Origin: Methanobacteriota archaeon
GTDB lineage: Archaea > Thermoplasmatota > Thermoplasmata > SG8-5 > JAGLSY01
Direction of reading: 5' to 3'
Length of the DNA stretch: 64,000 nucleotides
Assembly: GCA_020696385.1 (NCBI GenBank)
Contig: JAEHCQ010000003.1
Coordinates: forward strand, 151,624-215,623
Shown: piece after piece, positions 9,643 through 18,666 of the stretch
How positions within the stretch are numbered: the stretch's first letter is position 1
Layout of the letters: each line of letters begins with the position of its first letter
The notes under the pieces: generated by a model
The model's database searches: none
What the model was told of the DNA's origin: nothing
What the model saw: the letters and a program-made list of their open reading frames with translations, nothing else
Translations under genes and position numbers: made by a program

Positions 9643-11535
9643 TCAGAATTTGAATGGCGAAACATAATTCCCATATCGGTCCTGTGCGTCCCCGAGTCTT
9701 TCCTTCTGATCTTCCAGAACATCAAATAATTCTTCAGGAGTGTAGAGAACCCTGGCCGCATACATCTTCAATGTTCTCTTGATCTTGGCAAGATGTTGGG
9801 GTATTCGGACCGTGAACTGATTGATATACTCATCCTCCGTGTATTTAATATCAGGGAAGATGTCCTCGAATATCGGGACAAGATCATAATAATATGGAAT
9901 AAGGCCAGTCGGTGTCCTGATGGCCTTTACCTCATTGTTCACCCTCTTGTCCATCCAGCGAACCCATATTTTCTTGTCACTCTTGTGATTGAGATATTTC
10001 CCGCTCATGTCCTTGAGGAAATAATTAACAGAAAATATACGCGGTGGATCTGGCATATCCTTGGCGAAATCAATGTGATTCTTAATGTAGGTTCCAATTG
10101 GAACAGATAGGAAATCAATATTGGACATTGGATTGAACTTTCTCACACCGCGTTTTCCCAGAGTGGCCGCCGTGGTCTCTGATTCGAGAGCAGCAGCTTT
10201 TGTAACAACACCATGTATCCAATCAAAAGACTCCTCCACCGGAACAAAGGTATCCGAATCCCTTCCACCGTAGATGATCCCGCTGACCTTCACACCATTC
10301 GGATTGTGTAGGTTGACATCCACATTTTCCATGTTCTCAAGTGCCATGCAGAACCTGGCATTCTTGTGAGCCGGGGGTATCTTCCTCCCCAGGTCATCCA
10401 GCTTACCATCGAACCAATCACCAGAATGGTTAATGCCCTTGCCTGGCCATGCATCTGTTTTGCCATCCCAATACGGCTCATTCTTGTCTGTGACCAGTAT
10501 ATTGGAAAATATGATCTCCGCATCCGAGTTTAGAGCATCCCATTGAGACTTGTCATCGGATGCATTGATACCCGGCAATATGCCGAATATACCTCGCTCC
10601 ATATTCACTCCCATGATGTTTCCATCGATCTTCCTGAGCAATGCGATATCATCACCCACTATCGTATCACCCGCGATAGTGGCAGTGGATGTCTTTCCGC
10701 AGGCGGATGGGAATGCGCCAGCGAAATATGTCATTCTTTCTTCACTATCCCCGACACCCATCAATAGCATGTGCTCGGCCAGCCAGCCTTCCTTGGATGC
10801 CTTGTTTATTGCCAATCGCAGAGCCAATTTCTTCATGCCGACCGTATTGCCCGCATACTGCGTATTGGTGCTGAATATCGTATTCTCCAGCAGGTCGATA
10901 TAGACTCTTCTTTTCTTCAGGTCACGGCTGACCATCAGATCCAGGCCAGCTTCCTGAAGCCTACCCTGTGAATGAACGAATCTGAATATCTGTCTATTCT
11001 TTCCATTCTTGACGAATTCATCGTATGCCTGCCTGTAAAGAATATCCTCGGAATGCGCCACATATGCAGAGTCTGTTAATTGAAGACACGGAATTGTAAA
11101 AGGCGAATTGGTCGGCCCCAGGCTGAAGAATCGGACATACATCTCCCTGCCCTTCATCATCCTGTGCAGGATCTTGTGTATCTCCTTCAATCCCTTCTCC
11201 CGGTTCATGGCATTGATCTCGGGACCGATATTGTGAGATTCTGGCATCAGGAATTTAGTATTATCTTTATCCCTGGCCTGGTCTTTGAAATTATCAAAAT
11301 GAATTGTATGGTTCGGCATGGAAAGCCGAGCTTCCTCTCTATTGTGACGGGCGGATTTCCTGATATAATCAATATCCTCTTTTTCATCAGTGCAGACAAA
11401 AACACTTGCTGGCCTGCAAAGATCGATATATTCCGCTACAAAATCATGAACCCGCGGATTATCTATGGCTATCAGTTTCTTGAAGTTTTTATCATCCAAG
11501 TGGCTTTCTAGAAGCCCAATGGCGTCCTGATCCAT
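9643..11535 (-). CDS. pckG: Phosphoenolpyruvate carboxykinase (GTP)
   Basis: WLAEHM, AFPSACGKT, VGDDIA, HKNARF, YGGRD and VNYF motifs. Confidence 0.96.
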   Translation of the reverse strand: MDQDAIGLLESHLDDKNFKKLIAIDNPRVHDFVAEYIDLCRPASVFVCTDEKEDIDYIRKSARHNREEARLSMPNHTIHFDNFKDQARDKDNTKFLMPESHNIGPEINAMNREKGLKEIHKILHRMMKGREMYVRFFSLGPTNSPFTIPCLQLTDSAYVAHSEDILYRQAYDEFVKNGKNRQIFRFVHSQGRLQEAGLDLMVSRDLKKRRVYIDLLENTIFSTNTQYAGNTVGMKKLALRLAINKASKEGWLAEHMLLMGVGDSEERMTYFAGAFPSACGKTSTATIAGDTIVGDDIALLRKIDGNIMGVNMERGIFGILPGINASDDKSQWDALNSDAEIIFSNILVTDKNEPYWDGKTDAWPGKGINHSGDWFDGKLDDLGRKIPPAHKNARFCMALENMENVDVNLHNPNGVKVSGIIYGGRDSDTFVPVEESFDWIHGVVTKAAALESETTAATLGKRGVRKFNPMSNIDFLSVPIGTYIKNHIDFAKDMPDPPRIFSVNYFLKDMSGKYLNHKSDKKIWVRWMDKRVNNEVKAIRTPTGLIPYYYDLVPIFEDIFPDIKYTEDEYINQFTVRIPQHLAKIKRTLKMYAARVLYTPEELFDVLEDQKERLGDAQDRYGNYVSPFKF

Positions 11536-11717
11536 GGTCTTATCCCATTAAATTACAGGCCACATTGGACCTGGCATTTATCCCATACGGGAACATTCGG
11601 ATTTCTGACTTGAAACCGTGATTACGCTAAGTGAAATAAAGGTTTCCACGAATATTGAATAATACAATGATCCGCAAGTCGAACTATAAAGACTTGCGTT
11701 TGGCCTTCGTCTCAATA

Positions 11718-13016
11718 TTATTTGTTCAGGTATTCGCCCGCTCTCTCCATGCCGATCTTGATCTTCTCCAGGTCATGGACCATCGGGCCGTATGAAACTC
11801 GTATCGCATTCTTCAATGACTTGCCGAATCCTCCACCGGGTATGAAGAGAACTCCCGTGTTTTTGAGCACGTCCTGAATGAACTCGTCACCATTTGTTCC
11901 AACATCCACCACGGTGTACAGTCCGCCCTGTGGTGTGAGTGCCCTCATCCCAAGGTTCTGGTCAATGGCTTTCATAGTGACATCCGCGGCCTTCTGATAA
12001 TCCTGTCTGGTGGTCTCAAGATAGGATGCCAGACTTCCGTTTGGAATGGCTTCCTCAAGATAATCCACCATCGCCATCTGATGGAAGGTATCCGGGCACA
12101 GGGTACTGCACTGCTGGACTCTTTCCATTCCATCTATGACGGTCGGGCTGGCCTCGATCCATCCGGTTCGGCGACCCAGGCTTCTTGCCCACTTGGAATT
12201 GGAATGAATCGTTATGAGATTTGGATAGTCATTTGGCGACCAGGAGAAATATTCAGGATACTCGCCAAAGTACTGGGTCTTGTAGGCGAAGTCGATCACA
12301 AGATATGCATTGAATTCCGCGCATATCTGGATAGCTCCTTCCATGAACTTCTGTGGAACTATCTGGCTGGTCGGATTGTCGGGTGAAGGAACCATTAGCA
12401 AGCTGGGTCTTCGCAGGTCCATTATTTTGCGAAGATCTGCCAGGGCTTTGTCCACATCTGGCATGTATTTCCACTGATCGGTATCCATGACCTTGAGATA
12501 GGCCACTTCCGCCCTGGGCACGACAAGATCTATTCCAGTGGAATCGTGGACGATACCGCTGTCCGTGAGAGCGAATACCATCTGGCCGTAATAATTTGCA
12601 TAGGTCGGATCAAGAAGTACAACATCCTGGCCAGGCTCCGTAGTGGTCAGGAACATATCATGAGTTAATTGAGTACTGCTCTGGCCAATTATTATGTTCT
12701 GGGAGCTGATGTTCTTCATATTGAACAATTTCAATTCCATCTCGGCAATTAGCTCTCTATATCTGAGATCGCCCAGCGTGGCACTGTAAGCACCGGTGGT
12801 ATGGAAGCGAGTCTTATCACTGGCTACATCGATATATTTCTGTCTCAGAGGCTCTGGAGCCGGGTGGTTTACCCAACCTCCGCCAAATGATATCACATTA
12901 TCAGGGTCCAAGCCCATATTGATTATGTTCTGCCTCTCGGCCATTTTCATTATCTGCCTTATAGGGGAAGGTGTTTTTATCTGCTCCTGGACTACCTTGG
13001 ACAACTTCAATGCCAT
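11718..13016 (-). CDS. PLP-dependent class I/II aminotransferase
   Basis: DPTYANY, PDNPT, DFAY, SNSKW..LGRRTG and IPG..FG....RVSY motifs. Confidence 0.9.
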   Translation of the reverse strand: MALKLSKVVQEQIKTPSPIRQIMKMAERQNIINMGLDPDNVISFGGGWVNHPAPEPLRQKYIDVASDKTRFHTTGAYSATLGDLRYRELIAEMELKLFNMKNISSQNIIIGQSSTQLTHDMFLTTTEPGQDVVLLDPTYANYYGQMVFALTDSGIVHDSTGIDLVVPRAEVAYLKVMDTDQWKYMPDVDKALADLRKIMDLRRPSLLMVPSPDNPTSQIVPQKFMEGAIQICAEFNAYLVIDFAYKTQYFGEYPEYFSWSPNDYPNLITIHSNSKWARSLGRRTGWIEASPTVIDGMERVQQCSTLCPDTFHQMAMVDYLEEAIPNGSLASYLETTRQDYQKAADVTMKAIDQNLGMRALTPQGGLYTVVDVGTNGDEFIQDVLKNTGVLFIPGGGFGKSLKNAIRVSYGPMVHDLEKIKIGMERAGEYLNK

Positions 13017-13112
13017 TTATCTCACCGAGGTGGCAATCTCCTGCACTCTATTAAAATTTATGTGAATAATGGCAAAACATACATATATTCAAGTTAACCT
13101 ATATGTGAATCA

Positions 13113-13922
13113 ATGGCTGCAAAAAAGGCAAAGACCACGAAAAAGGCTGATACAAAGCCAAAGACCCCTACCAAGAAGGAGTCCAAGCCAAAAAAAGAAA
13201 CAAAGGTCAAACCAAAAAAGCAGACGAAGGCAGAGCCAAAGAAAAGCTCTGCCAAAAAGACTCAGCCAGCACCAGTACCAGTACCAGCACCTCCAAAGAA
13301 GGCCGAGCCCACCCTGAAGTCACTCTCCAATCAACTGAATAGAATGGAGAAAAAGATCGTCAAGCAGGAAGACACAATCAAAACACTCAAGGAATCCAAC
13401 CGCGAAGCCAATAAAAAAATATCCAGCATGGAGAAGAAGCTGGATACCAGGATCAAGCGGGAAGAGGTCATCATGGACGCCCTGAGCCTGAACTCCAGAA
13501 GTAAAAAGGGTAGCAAGGGAGTGGTTGGGGAATTCAACTCCTCCATATTGAAAGTGGAGGAGTATCTGCTGAACACTGGCAATAGAATTGATAATATACT
13601 TTCAGCGGTCAAGAACCATCGTGAATATCTCGTGAAACTGAACAAGCGGGTGTACAAGGAGCACAGCCGCGAGATGATCGAGATACGCGTGGACATCATC
13701 AGCAATTCACTTACGCTGATGATGGTCAATGGGTTTGATTTTGATAAAAGCCTCATCAAGGATGTTGAAAAACTGAAGAAAATGATGGAAAAGAAGGATT
13801 CCGAGCTGAGCAAGATCAGGAAGAAGATGAACACTCTGGACAAGAAATATGAAGAAGAGCTGGAGAGATTCGACTTCAAATCGATTTATGAAAAGAAGCA
13901 GGACCTGCCAGGATACCATTGA
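13113..13922 (+). CDS. Hypothetical coiled-coil protein with Lys/Pro-rich N-terminal tail
   Basis: 269-aa ORF; about 65 low-complexity basic residues followed by heptad-like helices. Confidence 0.7.
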   Translation: MAAKKAKTTKKADTKPKTPTKKESKPKKETKVKPKKQTKAEPKKSSAKKTQPAPVPVPAPPKKAEPTLKSLSNQLNRMEKKIVKQEDTIKTLKESNREANKKISSMEKKLDTRIKREEVIMDALSLNSRSKKGSKGVVGEFNSSILKVEEYLLNTGNRIDNILSAVKNHREYLVKLNKRVYKEHSREMIEIRVDIISNSLTLMMVNGFDFDKSLIKDVEKLKKMMEKKDSELSKIRKKMNTLDKKYEEELERFDFKSIYEKKQDLPGYH

Positions 13923-13973
13923 TTTTTTTCAGCTGGCTTATTGAATTATGTAATATTATTTCATATAGATATG

Positions 13974-13994
13974 TCAATGTACATTGATGTACAT
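13974..13994. promoter_or_regulatory. Palindromic candidate operator upstream of the 14031 gene
   Basis: Perfect 14-bp palindrome TCAATGTACATTGA (13974-13987); ATGTACAT repeated at 10-bp spacing; TTAAATA box just downstream. Confidence 0.5.
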
Positions 13995-14030
13995 ACAATT
14001 AAATATGGGCTTTGACAATATACAATATAG

Positions 14031-14732
14031 ATGGCAAGACCAAGGAAGAAGGAATACAAGGCAGGAGATCAGCTCCACTTCATAATCACAGAGGATTTTG
14101 TTGACTCAGCCAATGCTTTCTTCGGTCATTGCGACGAAGAAATGATCAATGCCTCCAGCGCGATAAGAAGATCAATGGAGGAATGGCTGTATAGGGCCAG
14201 CAAAGGCAAGGGACCAGACCAGGATGCAAACGGGTCTGGAGATGCATTGGCCGATCCTCCACCCATACATGCTCAATCCAGCTGGGGGGCTGGAAACGGA
14301 AAAACAACTTCGATCAAGGGTCAAGGTGTGATCGAACAGATGTTTCTCATCTATAAGGACGGAGCATTGCTTGCTCATGCCACCAGCCATGTCACACCAG
14401 ACCTCGACATGGACATCTTCTCCAGCATGCTGACACTCATCCAGGGCTTTGTAACAGAGAGCTTCAGTGATATGAAAGATACCAATATCAGCATGATAGA
14501 GTTTGGAGACAAAAATATTGTTATCGAGCCTTCAAGAAACCTGGATGTCACCCTCGCGATCGTCTATTTGGGAGATGATCAGAGAGAATATATCGAGAGC
14601 ATTGCCGAGGCCATACATTATGAACTGGAGTTCACATTTGGCAAGAAATTGAAAAAATTCGATGGCAATCTGGAAATGGTCAGAGGAATACGTGAGGTGA
14701 TGCTGAAGCAGATCTATGTGCGGAAAGACTAA
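14031..14732 (+). CDS. Putative ribbon-helix-helix-like N-domain fused to a longin/roadblock-like C-domain
   Basis: MARPRKK..LHFII..SSAIRRSMEEW N-terminus; IEQMFLIYKDGALLAH...FSSMLTLIQGFV...IEFGDKNIVIE C-terminal pattern. Fold calls are inferred. Confidence 0.55.
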   Translation: MARPRKKEYKAGDQLHFIITEDFVDSANAFFGHCDEEMINASSAIRRSMEEWLYRASKGKGPDQDANGSGDALADPPPIHAQSSWGAGNGKTTSIKGQGVIEQMFLIYKDGALLAHATSHVTPDLDMDIFSSMLTLIQGFVTESFSDMKDTNISMIEFGDKNIVIEPSRNLDVTLAIVYLGDDQREYIESIAEAIHYELEFTFGKKLKKFDGNLEMVRGIREVMLKQIYVRKD

Positions 14733-14992
14733 TTCTTCAGTTCCTTCTTCTTTTTGGCATTTTTAAGAAGGGTGACAAGCTTCATTTTTGATTCCTCGAG
14801 CTTCATCTCCCTTTCTCGCAGAGACCGTTCACGATCGATAATGTCGCGTTCCCGTTTTTCAAGATGCTCTTCTCTTTCCATGATCATTGTCAAAAGCTTC
14901 TGGCGCTCCTTTTGAGTACGTTTTTCTATATCATCTAGTTCTTTCTTGCGTTGATCTAATTTATCTTCGCTCACAGGCAACACCTCAATCAA
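14729..14992 (-). CDS. Small charged coiled-coil protein
   Basis: E/R/K-rich heptads; overlaps the GTPase stop, suggesting translational coupling. Confidence 0.65.
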   Translation of the reverse strand: MIEVLPVSEDKLDQRKKELDDIEKRTQKERQKLLTMIMEREEHLEKRERDIIDRERSLREREMKLEESKMKLVTLLKNAKKKKELKN

Positions 14993-15509
14993 AGCTCTTC
15001 GCGATGGACAATCTGGCTAATTCGGCAAAAGCATCCTCGATGCCCTCGCCAGTCTTGGCAGAAGTTATGTAGAAATTTGCATTGTGTTTGGCTGCTATCT
15101 CGGTCAATAGTTCCTCACCAAACTCGGCCTCATCCACGAGATCATTCTTATTTGCCAGGATGACAATTGGTATATCGCCAGATATCTTTGTCACAGCCTC
15201 GATCCAATAATCGATGTTCTCCGCAGTTGGCTTACGCGTGAGGTCACATACCACGATCGCCCCAGAAACATGCTCGAAAGCAACTGATTCGATAATGCGG
15301 AAGTGCTTCTGGCCCATGACATCCCACAGCATGAGGTTGACATCAACCTCCTCGCCATCTATCTCGACCTTGGTCTCCTTCTTCATGACCTTGGCACCCA
15401 TGGTCATTATGTAAGAATCATCGAATTTATCGATAACGAATTTCCTGACTAGACATGTCTTTCCGACCTCGGGATCCCCAACAAGACAGACTTTCCTAAC
15501 GTACGTAAT
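14985..15509 (-). CDS. Rab-like small GTPase; probable ATT start
   Basis: G1 GDPEVGKT, G2 YIMTMG, G3 WDVMGQ, G4 NKND, G5 TSAK; AGGTGAT RBS directly before ATT at 15509. Confidence 0.9.
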   Translation of the reverse strand: MTYVRKVCLVGDPEVGKTCLVRKFVIDKFDDSYIMTMGAKVMKKETKVEIDGEEVDVNLMLWDVMGQKHFRIIESVAFEHVSGAIVVCDLTRKPTAENIDYWIEAVTKISGDIPIVILANKNDLVDEAEFGEELLTEIAAKHNANFYITSAKTGEGIEDAFAELARLSIAKSFD

Positions 15510-15576
15510 ATTATCACCTTGATTAGTAGTAGTATTGTAATAGCAAATGCAATATTTAATGAGTATGCTGAAAATA

Positions 15577-16893
15577 TCAAGAATTGCCAAGTAGCTTTTG
15601 GATATTCTGTATGCGAGCATCTTCCTTCTTGATAATATACCAATCCAGTGCAGCTATGAGGGCTTCCTCGGCCCTGACCATATCGCCCTTCTGGTGGTAC
15701 ATCTTCCCCATCTCCTCTCGAGCAATGGCCAGATAGTCAGGTGAATTCTCATCTATCACAAAATCTATGCTCTTCTGGAAATGCAGCTCGCTTTCATGAT
15801 AGTTCTCAACAGCGGAATAATACTTACCATACATGCAATGGAGCTTCGAGTGTGCTATTGGATCCTTGAAGTTCGCAAGTACTTTGGATGCCCTATCCAG
15901 ATGCTGAATAGCATCTCCAGCCCTTCTGTTCTCGATAAGAGCGCTTGCAAGATTCGTCATCGCCCATCCTTCCATTCTCATAGAACCACCTTTTCTGCAC
16001 TGTTCTATGCCTTTTTCATATCCATCAATGGCCTTACTATACTGACCAGTCTCCTCATATACTCTGGCCAGGTTATTGTATGTCAATCCGATACCTGAAT
16101 TATCACCCAATTTTGTGTAAAGCTCGATAGCCTTCATATTGTGGTAGATGGACATCTCCATGTTCAGAAGGTCGAGGCAGGTATTGCCAAGGCCAGTGTG
16201 TATTCTGGCCATCGCACGATCCTTCCTCTTCTTATCATTCTTTGAAGCAGTGGATATGGAAGTGATCATCTTGATGGATTCCATATAATGATCCAATGAT
16301 GTGGCATGGTCTCCTTCACGCCATGAGATCACTCCAAGACCATTCCATGCCAGAGCTTTATTATAGAGACCCTCAGCACCCATTCTCATATCGATGACAT
16401 TATTGTACAGGTCTCTAGCTTCGTCACGCCCTTCCTTACTATTTGTAAGGGCTCTTGCCAGTTTCCTTGATATTCTGGCTTTCAATATCATATCATCAAG
16501 GGAGTTATTGTCATAGACCACAAGGGCTTCTCTGTAAGCTTTGATGGATTCATCTGCCTTTCCGATCTGCATCTTGGCAGCTCCGATCGTTATCTGGGCC
16601 TCGATGGAATCTATTGGGTCCTCTTTCTGTTTTTCGACAGCATTATTGACCATATCCAGAGCTTTTTTGTATTTCATTATGCCCTTCTTTATCTCATCGG
16701 CTTTCTTATCCCCGGTGAAACTCTTTATCGCCCAATGTATCTGATTGGAAAGTTGAGGTAAGCAATCCGTATTGATACTATCTGGATCTATATTCAGATG
16801 TTGACATTGCTTCTGTAAAATAAACTTGCCAGTGAATCCAACTTCCTTCTCCAGCATAGATACCAATTCATCTCTTAGCTCCAGGTTATTGAT
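15577..16893 (-). CDS. TPR-repeat protein with N-terminal helical domain; probable ATC start
   Basis: TPR motifs (ALAWNGLG, TYNNLARVY, AMTNLAS); paralogue of 17119-18465. The first canonical start is TTG at 16866. Confidence 0.85.
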   Translation of the reverse strand: MNNLELRDELVSMLEKEVGFTGKFILQKQCQHLNIDPDSINTDCLPQLSNQIHWAIKSFTGDKKADEIKKGIMKYKKALDMVNNAVEKQKEDPIDSIEAQITIGAAKMQIGKADESIKAYREALVVYDNNSLDDMILKARISRKLARALTNSKEGRDEARDLYNNVIDMRMGAEGLYNKALAWNGLGVISWREGDHATSLDHYMESIKMITSISTASKNDKKRKDRAMARIHTGLGNTCLDLLNMEMSIYHNMKAIELYTKLGDNSGIGLTYNNLARVYEETGQYSKAIDGYEKGIEQCRKGGSMRMEGWAMTNLASALIENRRAGDAIQHLDRASKVLANFKDPIAHSKLHCMYGKYYSAVENYHESELHFQKSIDFVIDENSPDYLAIAREEMGKMYHQKGDMVRAEEALIAALDWYIIKKEDARIQNIQKLLGNS

Positions 16894-17118
16894 CGCATCA
16901 TCCCCGATATTAAAAGCCCGATGGGGACTTTATATAAAATGATGATTGTGCCAAATATTAAAATGTTATTTAATTCGATAATAGATCATGTCTTTAAGCA
17001 TTTGTCAAATATGAAATTGATGAGGAGTATGGGGAGAATTTTGGCATGGATGAACATCTCTAAAGGCTAAAGGCAGAGATGTATCTCAAAATTCATAATA
17101 TATGCCGCTGGATCGAAC

Positions 17119-18465
17119 TCAAGTTTTCAGAATAGATATACCCAATGGAACATATTCGCTATTATTTATTAGCAGAGATATCTTCTTGATGCTCTTCTTG
17201 TCATCAACCTTCTCATACCAGGATAAAGCGGAGTTCAGAAGAGGTGTAGCCTTCTCAGACTCCCCGATTATATGGTAAAGCGTCCCAAGACCTTCCTGAA
17301 CCTGAGCCAGGCTTTCGGGTGAATCGATATTTTCCATATTCTTCAGACTTATTTTGAAATGTGATTCGCTACTATCCCATTTTCTAAGCTTCTGATAATA
17401 CTCACCATACATGTAATGCAATCTGGATTGAGCTTCATCATCATCAAATTTGGACAGGATCTTTGAAGACCTTTGCAGATATTCACCAGCCTGATCGAAC
17501 TTCCCTTCATTGATAAGCAAACTGGCCAGATTTATCAATGTCCAGCCCTCGGTGAGTAATGTTCCACCTTCTTTTGTGTTCATGATCACCTGCTTGTAAC
17601 CGCTTATCGCTTTCTCATAATCCCTCTTTTGCTCATATATCTGGGCCATCTTGTCATAGAGCTCTCCGACCCGGACAAAATTATCCAATTGTAAGTTGAA
17701 GTCGATAGCGGATTCTGTAAGGTCAATGGCCTTATCGATATAATTCATGTTCATGTAGATATCTGCCAACCCTGCATTAATGATACTTTTGACCCTAATT
17801 TTCTTTTCCCGATTCATCTTGTTCTGTTCATTTAGTTTTTCTATAGCCACCAATGCTTTCTCATAATATTCGAGAGAGAGTTGATCATCATTATCCTTGG
17901 AAGCGATCCATCCAAGACCACAATATGAAAGAGCAACGTCGTAATGGTTATGATGTTTCTTGCCAATCGAGATCACACCATAATACTCCTTGATCGCCAT
18001 TTCATGGCCGTTCGGATCCGTACCAAGTACACGAGCCAATTTCCTTTTGATCTTCATCTTCATTCTTTTATTCCCGGAATATTGGCTATCCTGGAAAAGA
18101 TCATATGCATCCCTGTATGCGTCCTCGGAAGCTTTGAATTTACGCAGGATCAATCTTTTATCCCCTGTTACCATATGAGCATTTATACGATCCATGATCG
18201 CACTTGTTGGATCGGCCAGGATCTCCAGAGCCTTGGAATATTCCAGTAAGCTCCTGAAGACCAATTTTGATTTTCGCTCTCCTATAAAACCACTTATTGC
18301 ATTCTTGATGTTTTTAGATAATTCTCTAAGGTCTTTCAATTCAATGTCATCCTCAGAGTCAAGACCATAGACCTCACACTGTTTTTGTAAAATAAATTTG
18401 CCACAGAAACCTATTTCCATCTCGAGCATCGTGATTAGTTCCTCTTTAAGAAATGATTCTGTCAA
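17119..18465 (-). CDS. TPR-repeat protein, tandem paralogue
   Basis: Shares the MLE.E.GF.GKFILQKQC N-domain and GG....EGW...NLAS TPRs with the downstream gene. Confidence 0.85.
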   Translation of the reverse strand: MTESFLKEELITMLEMEIGFCGKFILQKQCEVYGLDSEDDIELKDLRELSKNIKNAISGFIGERKSKLVFRSLLEYSKALEILADPTSAIMDRINAHMVTGDKRLILRKFKASEDAYRDAYDLFQDSQYSGNKRMKMKIKRKLARVLGTDPNGHEMAIKEYYGVISIGKKHHNHYDVALSYCGLGWIASKDNDDQLSLEYYEKALVAIEKLNEQNKMNREKKIRVKSIINAGLADIYMNMNYIDKAIDLTESAIDFNLQLDNFVRVGELYDKMAQIYEQKRDYEKAISGYKQVIMNTKEGGTLLTEGWTLINLASLLINEGKFDQAGEYLQRSSKILSKFDDDEAQSRLHYMYGEYYQKLRKWDSSESHFKISLKNMENIDSPESLAQVQEGLGTLYHIIGESEKATPLLNSALSWYEKVDDKKSIKKISLLINNSEYVPLGISILKT

Positions 18466-18666
18466 ATTACTCTCCCCCTTATTTAAACAATGTTAAATAC
18501 ATCATATAAATAGCTTATTATTTGATTTGCTATTAAGTGATTTGATACATATTTATTTGTACATAATTAGATACGAATTTTAATTATGAATTCAATTATC
18601 ATGCATCATGCGACAAAGATATTTCATGATCAACTATTTTGGATCAATTGTCAAATATCACAATGA

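Noticed and set aside
11673-11698. Inverted repeat CGCAAGTC/GACTTGCG after the aminotransferase gene
   Set aside because: It is adequately explained as a terminator or operator hairpin and shows no element-family blocks or tail copy.
15510-15620. 37-aa N-terminal extension of the GTPase from ATG 15620
   Set aside because: It overlaps the upstream TPR gene and crosses an AT-rich intergenic stretch; the RBS points to 15509 instead.
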